Source: Pyrodictium delaneyi (GTDB lineage Archaea > Thermoproteota > Thermoprotei_A > Sulfolobales > Pyrodictiaceae). Taken from it: a stretch of 32,000 nucleotides of DNA. A program made the position numbers and the translations under genes. The notes beneath the pieces are model-generated. The model was not told where the DNA came from and did not search any database. It was given only the letters and a program-made list of their open reading frames with translations. Where the stretch lies: contig NZ_CP013011.1 of NCBI RefSeq assembly GCF_001412615.1, forward strand, positions 1,980,001 to 2,012,000, read 5' to 3'. Shown here one piece after another: positions 1 through 8,597 of this stretch. The first letter of the stretch is position 1; every line of letters starts with the position of its first letter.

Positions 1-624
1 AGGGCTTGGACTAGCTTCTCGGAGAGGCCCTTTAGCTCTATACAGCCTGAGACCCGTGTCATAGTCTACCACGCTCGCTAGCCGCAGGAGCGGGCCACAT
101 ACTCTACCAGTGCTGCAGCGGAACTCTATCTCGGCTAGAGAGCTCCTACCCCTATTGACTACAGCGACTACATCAAACCGGCTAAGGGCCTCCTCGTAGT
201 CTACAGCTATGCCTGCCAGCATGGATCTAGCCAGTACGTCTGCTAGACGGTGCAAATCCTCGCCGGCAGCCGGTGAGACGTATATGCCGAGGCTCCTAGC
301 GCCGTATGCTCTCTGCGCTCCAGGCGTCTCCCGGGAAAGTCTCACACCTTCAAGAATCATACGAGTCATTAGTCGAAGCTCCATCTCTGGAGGCTCAAGC
401 GGCTCATATACGCTTAGTGTACCCGGATTACCCTTCCAGACTGATACTATTATCACACGTTGGGCACCACGTGCAACTGCTTCATAGTATAAGTCGCGGA
501 ATGTTGCTTTGCCGCGTGTAAGTCTTTCAGCCTCCGGGAGAACCGAGACCAGGTCTTTGACAAAGCTTCTCACACGCTGCGTAGGCCGATGCGACGTCGT
601 AACTATTATACGGACCTTCTTCAA
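1..624 (-). CDS. Brix/Imp4-domain ribosome biogenesis protein (3' end runs off the window)
   Basis: Hand translation of the minus strand from TTG at 624 gives MKKVRIIVTTSHRPTQRVRSFVKDLVSVLPEAERLTRGKATFRDLYYEAVARGAQRVIIVSVWKGNPG... The frame stays open to position 1, which probably explains its absence from the ORF track (no stop in window). An in-frame TAG lies 4 codons upstream of the TTG. The TTS-R-P...RSF.KDL...RGK pattern is typical of archaeal Brix proteins, which commonly follow L37Ae in the exosome superoperon. Confidence 0.75.
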   Translation of the reverse strand, partial: MKKVRIIVTTSHRPTQRVRSFVKDLVSVLPEAERLTRGKATFRDLYYEAVARGAQRVIIVSVWKGNPGTLSVYEPLEPPEMELRLMTRMILEGVRLSRETPGAQRAYGARSLGIYVSPAAGEDLHRLADVLARSMLAGIAVDYEEALSRFDVVAVVNRGRSSLAEIEFRCSTGRVCGPLLRLASVVDYDTGLRLYRAKGPLREASPSP

Positions 625-869
625 GGCTCTATCACGCTACAAAGCACTCCTAAGCTCTGAATACATTCTCCACGGAAAGGACTATTCTAGTCTAGATTAT
701 TATTAATGCTGATTGGGATTACAGGAAGTTATAGTCTACACCTAAGCAATCCTGGAAAATAGGCATGCTTTGTAGACAAAACAGACCTCCTCAAACAGTA
801 TAAGACTTTGGTTGCCTTGCTGCTAGGTACTATCAAAACTATTACTCAATCCCTGAGGTTTTTGTGAGA

Positions 870-1136
870 TTAATCCTCACGAATGATTATCTTGGGGAAG
901 TTCTTGTTTAGCCCGGTCCTCGGCACATAAGCGCCGCCAGCCCACACTGCACCACACTTAGTGCATGTCCAGAGACCAACACTAATTCTCTTGACATGAC
1001 CCTTAACTCCACAGAATGGACATACATGGTCCGCATACCGACGCTGCATTACGTCTCTCCAACGCTTTCTTAGCGTAGAGCCGTAGCGCGGACCAAACCT
1101 TCCAGCTATGCCTACCGTGCGCGTACGTTTCGCCAT
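870..1136 (-). CDS. rpl37ae: 50S ribosomal protein L37Ae (eL43)
   Basis: 88 aa. MAKRTRTVGIAGRFGPRYGSTLRKR N-terminus plus a CPFC...CTKC zinc ribbon, the diagnostic L37Ae pattern. Confidence 0.95.
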   Translation of the reverse strand: MAKRTRTVGIAGRFGPRYGSTLRKRWRDVMQRRYADHVCPFCGVKGHVKRISVGLWTCTKCGAVWAGGAYVPRTGLNKNFPKIIIRED

Positions 1137-1210
1137 TACTGTGTCCCCCGCGACCCTTGGAGCTTAGAGGCCTAGGTTATAAGGAGTGTTGTCCACTACC
1201 ATCCAATACT

Positions 1211-2191
1211 TTACTCATTTCCGGATTCGTCGGCTTCCTGAACCGCCTCATCAACCACCTCGGTTGCCTCGACCGGCTCTTCATGCTCCTTGGGTGGAGG
1301 TGGCGGTGGCTGCTGTTCTTCACCGGGTGTTTCCGCTTTCATCTCTTCCTCCAACTTAGCACGGTAGGGTAGAACTATATCCTCAAGTACCCTATGGTAT
1401 ACACTAGCCTTGTTTAGAGCTATGCTTACAGCCGTTAGTACCTCACGATAATCTAGATCACCCATACCAGTTTTCTGTATGCCTGCAATCCTTCCATCCT
1501 CGCTAACTGCTACAACCATCCTCGTATCAGCTACTTGCTCTTCCTCGTATGTTGGATCAACTATGAGTTTTCCAGCCACCTTAGCGATAGTTACTGTCAC
1601 TACACGGTGATTTACGGGTAGTATCATTGTGTATTTGCTGCGGTCTACCTGGTATCCGTTCTCAGTCTTCACAGCTGTTGGCAGTCTAGCAGAGAGGAGA
1701 GCAGCCATAGCAGCCAACATCGAAGCATCGAACAAGTTGCCATCATGGTTCAGCACGTATATATCCACGAATACGCGCCATACATGCTTTCCGGGTTCTA
1801 AGACAAGCTTGTCTAGGGCTACAGCCTTTATCTCACGCAGACTCCTATCTATCACGCGTGCCAACTCTATAGCATTCTCGTCTGGTGGGCCTGGCTCAAA
1901 CGTCGGCGACGCAAGCGGCACAAACTCGGCATGTACGACAAGGACCCCCTCATTAGGTGTATCGGGGAAAGGAGCAACTATGTCAGTCTTTATACCAGCA
2001 AGTACGACTGTCTGACCTAGCTTGACTAGCGCAGAACCCTCTGCACGCTCAATGTAGCCCGGCACTATCTCTATACTCCTCACTTCGTCTAGCTTACGCC
2101 CGTCTAGCCTTACTCCCCGCGAGAGCAGAGTCTCCATAGTGTAGCGCTTAAGTTTCGGCACAACAGGCTGGAATGAAGGTGTTATGCTCAC
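1211..2191 (-). CDS. rrp42: Exosome complex component Rrp42 (RNase PH-like, non-catalytic) with an acidic/proline-rich C-terminal tail
   Basis: 326 aa RNase PH fold (RLDGRKLDEVRSIEIVPG..., GSALVKLGQT). The GTG start overlaps the rrp41 stop by 1 nt (TAGTG). It holds the canonical position after rrp41. Confidence 0.9.
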   Translation of the reverse strand: MSITPSFQPVVPKLKRYTMETLLSRGVRLDGRKLDEVRSIEIVPGYIERAEGSALVKLGQTVVLAGIKTDIVAPFPDTPNEGVLVVHAEFVPLASPTFEPGPPDENAIELARVIDRSLREIKAVALDKLVLEPGKHVWRVFVDIYVLNHDGNLFDASMLAAMAALLSARLPTAVKTENGYQVDRSKYTMILPVNHRVVTVTIAKVAGKLIVDPTYEEEQVADTRMVVAVSEDGRIAGIQKTGMGDLDYREVLTAVSIALNKASVYHRVLEDIVLPYRAKLEEEMKAETPGEEQQPPPPPPKEHEEPVEATEVVDEAVQEADESGNE

Positions 2192-2958
2192 TACTCACCA
2201 CCCTCCTCTGTTACCTCTACATACTTCTTGCGGAGTACCTCCTTCTGGAGCTTATATATAGTCTGGATGCCCTTGCGGGCAAGCTCCATAGCTTGCACAA
2301 ACTCGTCATGAGTTAATACACCATTGAGCTGTAGCAGAAGCACTTTACCCAAGTTAGGCGCCATTGCCACCGGCATATCCGCCTCTGCATAGTTGTCCTC
2401 TATCTCGTCGATGTCAAGAACAAGCACTCCGTCAACCTTGCCGACCGCTACGCCAGCCACCAGATCCCGCATTGCTATACCGGCATCAGCCAAGGCCAGA
2501 CTTGCAGCTGTTATCGCAGCAGTTCTTGTACCACCGTCAGACTGTAGGACTTCCATGTAAACGTCAATAGCCGTACGAGGGAATAACTCTGTGAGAACCA
2601 CAGCCTCGAGGGCTTCCCTGATTACCTTGGATAGCTCCACCTCTCTACGTGTAGGCGCCGGCGTTTTACGCTCAGCCGTCGAGAATGGAGCCATATGATA
2701 TCGGCATCGTATAACAGCACGGTCAGGGAGAGCCATATGGCGTGGATGCGCCTCACGAGGACCATAAACTGCAGCGAGAACACGTGTACCGCCATACTCT
2801 ACTAGTGCTGAGCCATCCGCATTGCTGAGTACACCAACCTCCATCCTAATAGGCCTCAGCTGCGCTGCTAGTCTACCGTCGTGTCTGACAGCTACCTTCT
2901 GACCGTCACGCTCTTCCCACCGTATGAGGGCTGGTTTCTCACCTGTCGCACCACCCAT
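2191..2958 (-). CDS. rrp41: Exosome complex exonuclease Rrp41 (RNase PH-like catalytic subunit)
   Basis: 255 aa. [45 protein letters not shown] and [21 protein letters not shown] are RNase PH motifs. It sits between rrp4 and rrp42. Confidence 0.93.
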   Translation of the reverse strand: MGGATGEKPALIRWEERDGQKVAVRHDGRLAAQLRPIRMEVGVLSNADGSALVEYGGTRVLAAVYGPREAHPRHMALPDRAVIRCRYHMAPFSTAERKTPAPTRREVELSKVIREALEAVVLTELFPRTAIDVYMEVLQSDGGTRTAAITAASLALADAGIAMRDLVAGVAVGKVDGVLVLDIDEIEDNYAEADMPVAMAPNLGKVLLLQLNGVLTHDEFVQAMELARKGIQTIYKLQKEVLRKKYVEVTEEGGE

Positions 2959-2961
2959 GGC

Positions 2962-3684
2962 TTACACACCTCTACGGGTCTTCTCTCTACGTATAAACTC
3001 GCGCACCCTCTCAGTAAGACCGGTCGTGTGAGCCTCAGCTTCGATCTTCTTTATCGAGAGGATAACCACCTCTTCTAGGTCCTTATTCGGACAGCGTACC
3101 AGTATACGTCCATTCTGACCAACAACTATCTCGCAGCCGGTCTCCTGCATAATCATGTTTACCATAGACCCCTTCTTACCTATGACGCGGGGAACACGAC
3201 TAGGCTTTATCTCCACAATGGAGCCCTCGACTATCCTGCCCAGTCCCTTACCCTTTATCGAGAGAAGCGGGTCCCGTGCCCGGTCAAATGCCACAACTTT
3301 GGCCACTATGTAGTCGCCAACGTCTAGGTACTTCTTGAGACTGTCTACCGCCGGGTTAAATGGACGGTCGAGAACCTCTTGTACGGTGAGTATCCCCTTG
3401 TAGGGTGAGGCTATGTCTACTTCCCAATGGGTTAAACCAATGTCCTTCACTAGCCCTATTACTATGTCGCCCGGCTTTGGTATGTACGCACCTTCAAGAG
3501 GAATTATACTGATCTTGTACTTGCCGTCATCGAGTTGTTGAATGCTGGCTAGCCCGGTTATAGTAGCATAGTACTGGTTGCCTTTGCGCTCGATGAAAGG
3601 CGAATCTACTACTATATCGTTGCCCTCAGCCAGTATATCTCCAGGTAAAACGATGGATCTAGGCGAGACGTATATCCGCGCCAA
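2962..3684 (-). CDS. rrp4: Exosome complex RNA-binding subunit Rrp4 (N-terminal, S1 and KH domains)
   Basis: 240 aa. VLPGDILAEG N-terminal domain, S1-like GDIVIGLVKDIGLTHWEVDI, KH-like VPRVIGKKGSMVNMIMQETGCEIVVGQNG. TTG start. Confidence 0.92.
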   Translation of the reverse strand: MARIYVSPRSIVLPGDILAEGNDIVVDSPFIERKGNQYYATITGLASIQQLDDGKYKISIIPLEGAYIPKPGDIVIGLVKDIGLTHWEVDIASPYKGILTVQEVLDRPFNPAVDSLKKYLDVGDYIVAKVVAFDRARDPLLSIKGKGLGRIVEGSIVEIKPSRVPRVIGKKGSMVNMIMQETGCEIVVGQNGRILVRCPNKDLEEVVILSIKKIEAEAHTTGLTERVREFIRREKTRRGV

Positions 3685-3690
3685 CCCTGT

Positions 3691-4404
3691 CTACACCACG
3701 CTCACAACTTTGACGTCAACATTGCCCCGGGTGAGCTTATTGAGCTTATCCATAACTTCCTGTTGGAGTCCTGCAGGTATCTCTAGCTCGGCCACGAGGC
3801 TGCCATCACTACGCCAGTCCATATGTTTTACTTCTCCAAGCTTAGAGAGGGCCCCAGCTACGCGGCCCGAATACTGTGCAGGCACAACTATACGGAGGAG
3901 AGCCTTTGCAATCTTTATAGGGATTATGCGGCTTATAGCACGGACTATCTGTGGGGCTTGCTCTTCAACGCTCTTAAATGGGTCTACTCCTACGCCTGCC
4001 TGCTCCATAGCCGCTTCTATCCGGGCAGGCGGTATGGGAAGCTTAGTCTTCGGATCGATAGCGTTCTTGGCTATATAGTTTATAAGCTGGCGGCGCTTAG
4101 CCTCGATAAGCTTCCTGCGTTGCTCTGCTGTAAGTTGCAGCTCGCCACGACGAACTATTTCTGCAGCAATTTTCACTACATCATCTGTACCGAATACACG
4201 ACGGAGAAGCTCAGGGGATGCGCGAAGGCCCCGCCGAAGATCAGTGTATATAGCGTCACTTATGACTAGGTCTTCCAGGTTTACATCCTTCCCCTGCTTA
4301 AATTCAAAAGCAAGATCAGGATTTACGAGGACCTCAAATCTCTTACCAGCGACCTCGAGTCTAGCCACTACTGGCTCGTGCTCGCCCTTACTCTTGCGCG
4401 GCAT
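3691..4404 (-). CDS. sdo1: SBDS/Sdo1 family ribosome maturation protein
   Basis: 237 aa. VARLEVAGKRFEVLVNPDLAFEFKQGK matches the FYSH-domain signature of archaeal SBDS. The position between psmA and rrp4 is conserved. Confidence 0.9.
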   Translation of the reverse strand: MPRKSKGEHEPVVARLEVAGKRFEVLVNPDLAFEFKQGKDVNLEDLVISDAIYTDLRRGLRASPELLRRVFGTDDVVKIAAEIVRRGELQLTAEQRRKLIEAKRRQLINYIAKNAIDPKTKLPIPPARIEAAMEQAGVGVDPFKSVEEQAPQIVRAISRIIPIKIAKALLRIVVPAQYSGRVAGALSKLGEVKHMDWRSDGSLVAELEIPAGLQQEVMDKLNKLTRGNVDVKVVSVV

Positions 4405-4409
4405 CTCTA

Positions 4410-5141
4410 CTAGACACCGAGTTTTTCTAGGAACTTCTGCAGCTCCTCTTTAGACAGTTTCCGGAATCTCTGTGTTGCTGTGTCAACTACCCCTACTTCT
4501 AAGGTTTCAACAGTAGGCCTGCCCTCCATCACAGAGGCTACCGCCTTCATGCCAAGCAATATTGCATCATCTAGCGTCATGTCGTCGCGATACTCTCTCT
4601 GTAATACCTCAATGGCTTGGCCACCGCCCTGACCCAAGCCATGAGCCTTGTAGCTTATGTACTGGCCACTCGGCTCAGCAACATAGAGCTTAGGCCCTGT
4701 ATCGTCGACACCAGCAATCATTAGCGTTACACCGAAGGGGCGGACACCACCATGCTGTGTATACACCTGCATTAAGTCGCAGATCTGGCGAGTGAGATAC
4801 TCTACGGGTATCTGCTCACCATAGACGAACCGGTATTGTACCGCCAAGAGCCTGGCGTAATCTATCAGTATGCGTCCATCACTGCCGAAGCCGACGAAGC
4901 CTGCACCTATGTGTTCGTCAACCATGTAAACCTTCTCTAGCTGACCTATGTCTATCAGAGGGCTTGTCTTCCTCTTCTCAGCCACAATCACTACGCCATC
5001 TACAGCACGGACACCAACCATTGTCCAGCCGCGCTTGGCAGCCTCCATGGCATACTCTACTTGGAAGAGACGGCCATCCGGCGAGAACATCGATGTAGAC
5101 CGGTCATACCCCATCATCGCTGGTGGTGCGGGGAACGACAC
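4410..5141 (-). CDS. psmA: Proteasome subunit alpha
   Basis: 243 aa. GYDRSTSMFSPDGRLFQVEYAMEA is the alpha-subunit signature. GTG start at 5141 with GGAGGGTG about 10 nt upstream. In-frame ATG-ATG 8 codons downstream is an alternative start. Confidence 0.95.
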   Translation of the reverse strand: MSFPAPPAMMGYDRSTSMFSPDGRLFQVEYAMEAAKRGWTMVGVRAVDGVVIVAEKRKTSPLIDIGQLEKVYMVDEHIGAGFVGFGSDGRILIDYARLLAVQYRFVYGEQIPVEYLTRQICDLMQVYTQHGGVRPFGVTLMIAGVDDTGPKLYVAEPSGQYISYKAHGLGQGGGQAIEVLQREYRDDMTLDDAILLGMKAVASVMEGRPTVETLEVGVVDTATQRFRKLSKEELQKFLEKLGV

Positions 5142-5187
5142 TGTGCGTCACACCCTCCAAGCCGTGAAGCATAAACACTTACTCAAG

Positions 5188-5196
5188 CATAAAAAG
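5188..5196 (-). promoter_or_regulatory. Candidate TATA box for psmA
   Basis: Minus-sense CTTTTTATG lies 48-56 nt upstream of the psmA start. That spacing leaves room for a roughly 20-nt leader holding the GGAGGGTG Shine-Dalgarno-like element. Confidence 0.4.
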
Positions 5197-5630
5197 CCTT
5201 ATCCGAGCACAACAAACAACTAGGATACACATGGGCCGGTGAAGACGAGTCCGAAAACCGAGGTTGCGAGAGAATGGCTATGCGGAGTCTTCTCGCCCCA
5301 GAGGCCCGCCTCTAACAACATAACTGCCATCCTAGGAAGCCGCGAAACCCGGATATCCTCCCTCTACCTACACAGTTTTAGACCTGGACCTCTCGGGTGC
5401 CGCCGGGCCCCTGACAGCCCCGAAAGCCCTGGGGCCCACCTTGTGGATGAAGGGGCTCTGCGCGCCGGAACAACTATACCTCTCGTACTTATCCTCGCTT
5501 GATTAGGCCTCTTGTCTTGCACTAGGGTGTCTACGAGCGCTGTGATGAACGCGTCCTTCGTGCAGAGCAGCAGCGATGACTTGGAGGCCCCATTACTGAG
5601 CGAAAGGCATACATGTGGGAGGGGCGTGGA

Positions 5631-6293
5631 ATGCCGAGCAACATTGAGAGGAGGGTTGCCCAGGCACTTAGGAGGCTAGCGAGGAGGCGAAACTGTGTTT
5701 CTATAGCCGAAGTGGCGGCGGAAGCTAGGCTTACACCAAGCGACGTACGTGGAGCACTAGAAGGACTCGAGAAGAAACGGCTTGTGATTGTCTCGGGTGA
5801 CAGAGTCTGCTACACCGGTGGACCCGTGGATGAGCAGAGCTATGTTATTGGCCCCGAGCTGCGTCGTGTAATAAACGAGGTACGGTCTAGAAGGAGTATA
5901 GTAGCCTCCGTCTATGAGCTGGAGCGTGGACCTCTTAGACTCCTTGTGGTTGCAAGGCGAGACGGCATAGTGTTTGTTGTTCTACCGGTGTCGGGTAGAG
6001 AACCTACTGAGCGGCTAGTTGGCCTTGCTAGGAGGCTTGCACGTCTAGCTCGCCGTCTGGCTGAGGATGGCTGTCACGATCTCCCCGCTGGCCGCGGCAC
6101 ACCCAGACTGGTCGTACCGGTACTCGCGTCGGACTATGGTGCACCGAGGCTTGTCGAGGGCATAGTCTTTAGGCCCGCGAGAAGCCTCCTAGCTCTGATA
6201 ATTGGGCCAGAGCCTATACTATCTGACCCGTTTGCACGAATCTACGAGTGTAACCAGCAAGCTAGGCGAGAGGAATCTCAATATATCGAGTAG
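5631..6293 (+). CDS. Hypothetical protein: N-terminal winged-helix DNA-binding domain plus an uncharacterised Arg/Leu-rich C-terminal domain
   Basis: The ORF opens at 5613. I prefer ATG 5631 because GGGAGGGG lies 6 nt upstream of it. VSIAEVAAEARLTPSDVRGALEGLEKKRLV resembles MarR/TrmB-type wHTH. The C-terminal ~140 aa (LLVVARRDGIVFVVLPVSG..., LARRLARLARRLA repeat) is not recognisable to me. Confidence 0.6.
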   Translation: MPSNIERRVAQALRRLARRRNCVSIAEVAAEARLTPSDVRGALEGLEKKRLVIVSGDRVCYTGGPVDEQSYVIGPELRRVINEVRSRRSIVASVYELERGPLRLLVVARRDGIVFVVLPVSGREPTERLVGLARRLARLARRLAEDGCHDLPAGRGTPRLVVPVLASDYGAPRLVEGIVFRPARSLLALIIGPEPILSDPFARIYECNQQARREESQYIE

Positions 6294-7428
6294 AAGCTAG
6301 CTCGACTATACCTTCTATCTTCTCGTACTCCCTTAGTAGTTTATCCGGGTCAGCACGTGTAGCAACTAAGCCACGGGCTAGCTGACAGTACTCTCTAGTC
6401 TTGGCAGCCTCCTCGTATACTCCTATGCGCCTTGTAAGCGATACTATCTCTTCCTTATCGAAGCCAGCTAGAGGTCTTATCAGGGGGACGTTTAGGGGCC
6501 GTGCTCTAGTTAGCGCATAGAGGTTCTTTAGTGTCTGGCTCGATACCTGGCCTACACTTTCGCCCGTGTATATAGCGTCATAGCCCTCGGCTAGGGCGAA
6601 CTTCTCGGCTACAACATACATAGCGAGTCTCAGGACTATCTGTGCATAGCTGTTCTCGACCATACCCGCTATCGCAGCTGTAACCGGACGGAAGTCGAAA
6701 ACATAGAGCTTTGGACGATAGCCGTAGAGCCAGAATCTAGCTAGCTTCCTACCTACACGGAGAGCATCTATGATCGAGAGCGGCGACGCAAGCACATAGT
6801 GTACTAAGTCTACTTCAATCCCCCTCTTGGCGGCCATCCAGGCTGCTGCTGGCGAGTCAAGACCACCAGAGAATAGTACTATAGCTCTACCCTCGACGCC
6901 TATAGGTAGACCATCAGGGCCCCGGCTCATCCCCCGGTGTATGCAGGCCTTGTTACCCCTTATCTCGACGAATACCTCGACCTCTGGGTTCTCCAGGTCT
7001 ACGCCCTGGGAGAGAGGGTAAAGCGCTGCACCGATAACACGCGCCGCGTCAAGGCTTGTAAAGGGCTCTACACCACTCCTTCTAGCTCTAACGGCGAACC
7101 TCTTATCGCGAACCCACTCCCCCGCAATCTCTTTCACACGCTCTGCTAGATCATTTAAGTCACTATACTCTACTAGGTGAGCTACAGCAACTCCATGAAT
7201 GCCAAAGACTCGGGATAACACCTTAACAGCCTTCTCTACCGACTCCTCGTCCTTACAGTTTGATACGTATAACCTGGCTGCTTCTATCCATACACGGTTA
7301 CACTCTACATCCTCACGTCTAAACGCGTCAATAATGTTATTTACAAGCCGTCGTTCAAACCGCGGCCTCGTACGATCCGACTTGAGTACTATTTCTCCCG
7401 AAATGCTCGCCAGTACTACCTTTTCCAT
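6262..7428 (-). CDS. thiI: tRNA 4-thiouridine sulfurtransferase ThiI (THUMP + PP-loop ATPase, no rhodanese domain)
   Basis: 388 aa. PP-loop LFSGGLDSPAAAW, GESVGQVSSQTLKNL and REYCQ (position equivalent to E. coli Cys344). THUMP-like N-terminal half. Confidence 0.88.
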   Translation of the reverse strand: MEKVVLASISGEIVLKSDRTRPRFERRLVNNIIDAFRREDVECNRVWIEAARLYVSNCKDEESVEKAVKVLSRVFGIHGVAVAHLVEYSDLNDLAERVKEIAGEWVRDKRFAVRARRSGVEPFTSLDAARVIGAALYPLSQGVDLENPEVEVFVEIRGNKACIHRGMSRGPDGLPIGVEGRAIVLFSGGLDSPAAAWMAAKRGIEVDLVHYVLASPLSIIDALRVGRKLARFWLYGYRPKLYVFDFRPVTAAIAGMVENSYAQIVLRLAMYVVAEKFALAEGYDAIYTGESVGQVSSQTLKNLYALTRARPLNVPLIRPLAGFDKEEIVSLTRRIGVYEEAAKTREYCQLARGLVATRADPDKLLREYEKIEGIVELASTRYIEIPLA

Positions 7429-7480
7429 AGTACTCCCGGGTTCTATCCTCAGAGCCAGCGCCCCTCTTTACCTAAATTGT

Positions 7481-8230
7481 TCAGCCACACTTGCAATCCT
7501 TACGTGGCCTAAGCTCGATCTTCATCATATCCATCGTATAAGCATCAACAACTATCATTTTCCCTTTGTTTACCTCCCCCATACCCGTTACTAGCTTCAT
7601 AAGCTCCGTGACAGCGATCGAGCCAACCAGGGCCACTATAGGGCCTACAGCTGGTATCTTTGAGGGAGACTTTAGCGACGGTGGGAGGAGACAACGAAGG
7701 CAAGGTGTCTCGCCAGGTACTATCACCACTACCTGGCCCTCAAACCCGTATATTCCTGCATGTATGTAGGGCTTACCAGCTCTATACGCTGCTTCATCCA
7801 GTATGAACCTTGCCTCCCAGTTGTCTAGCCCATCAATCACTATATCGACTTGCTTGACTAGATCATCGACATTGTCTCGTGTTATCCTTTCAGTCACCGG
7901 AACTATCTCGACGTTGGGGTTTAGGCGTCGAAGTTTTTCAGCAGCAGAGATAGGCTTCGGCTTACCTATGTCGTCGGTCCAGTGGAGAATCTGGCGGTTT
8001 AGGTTGGAGTCCTCAACAGTATCGCCATCTACTAACACGAGCTTACCGACACCTAGAGCTGTGAGGTATAGTGCCTCAAATGAGCCGAGCCCACCTACTC
8101 CTGCAATCATGACGCTAGTTTTCTTCAGCTTCTTCTGCCCCTCAACCCCGAAGAGGAGGAGCTGACGCTCGTAGCGCAACAGCTCACTAGGGGTAAGCTC
8201 TATGACCTCCGCGGACGAGCAGCCGCTCAT
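7481..8230 (-). CDS. ThiF/MoeB/HesA-family E1-like adenylyltransferase (SAMP/Urm1-activating-like)
   Basis: 249 aa. YERQLLLFG..., Rossmann loop IAGVGGLGS, DGDTVEDSNLNRQ, and two Cys pairs (CLRC ... CKCG) typical of zinc-binding E1-like enzymes. Confidence 0.88.
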   Translation of the reverse strand: MSGCSSAEVIELTPSELLRYERQLLLFGVEGQKKLKKTSVMIAGVGGLGSFEALYLTALGVGKLVLVDGDTVEDSNLNRQILHWTDDIGKPKPISAAEKLRRLNPNVEIVPVTERITRDNVDDLVKQVDIVIDGLDNWEARFILDEAAYRAGKPYIHAGIYGFEGQVVVIVPGETPCLRCLLPPSLKSPSKIPAVGPIVALVGSIAVTELMKLVTGMGEVNKGKMIVVDAYTMDMMKIELRPRKDCKCG

Positions 8231-8597
8231 ACTCTGTCAACTCCTTCACATTTATCATGGACACACCACGTAGACACATACCTCTATCCGTAGTAGCATG
8301 ACCCGGATACGCAAGACTAGCGCATACGCGTAAAGGTACCATTCCTATGTAGAGTGTACCAGTATAGCTTGCGAGCCCAGAAGTGCGTCTCTTATCCGTC
8401 TGCTTTGAACTTTTACACAGCAGCTACAAGACAAGGTTGACCGTTGTTGCAGCGGTCGGATCGTCGTGAGATCTTCATTGTATGTCGGACACTACCTCTG
8501 TCTGGGACGGCGTCCTCATCCCGCCGTTCTGCCAGTACCACTTCTCCCCTATTTTACTCCCCTCGGTGCCTAAGCTTCCTACATCTCGGGGCTCTCA

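Noticed and set aside
209-706. Three plus-strand track ORFs (209-487, 306-521, 509-706)
   Set aside because: They are antisense or out of frame to a much better minus-strand reading frame that encodes a recognisable Brix-domain protein. Their translations are Ser/Arg/Leu-rich with no recognisable motifs.
625-869. RpoP (Rpb12) gene expected between L37Ae and Brix
   Set aside because: The minus-sense frames I followed from likely start codons gave only peptides of 16 aa or fewer, with no CxxC pairs. The GAGGAGG there is followed by a 16-codon ORF only. The spacer has no recognisable gene.
5230-5480. Assignment of the GC-rich segment as SRP (7S) RNA or RNase P RNA
   Set aside because: I looked on both strands for the SRP helix-8 motif (GGAAGG-AGCA type) and for the RNase P P4 strands (GAGGAAAGUCC and ACAGAACCCGGCUUA types). 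I found only loose resemblances (GACGAGTCCG, GAAACCCGGAT), and these cannot pair as P4. No family assignment is justified without a covariance search.
5239-5502. 87-aa plus-strand ORF in the psmA upstream spacer
   Set aside because: It has a GTG start without a Shine-Dalgarno-like element and a Pro/Arg/Ser/Gly-rich, non-globular translation. It coincides with the GC-rich stem-forming segment, so it is treated as non-coding.
8231-8597. Hidden ThiS/MoaD/SAMP-like small ORF next to the E1-like gene
   Set aside because: I hand-scanned both strands of the spacer and translated from the start codons I noticed. The longest ORFs found are about 50 aa (for example MSDTTSVWDG...NY, MVPLRVCAS...). None ends in Gly-Gly and none looks beta-grasp-like.
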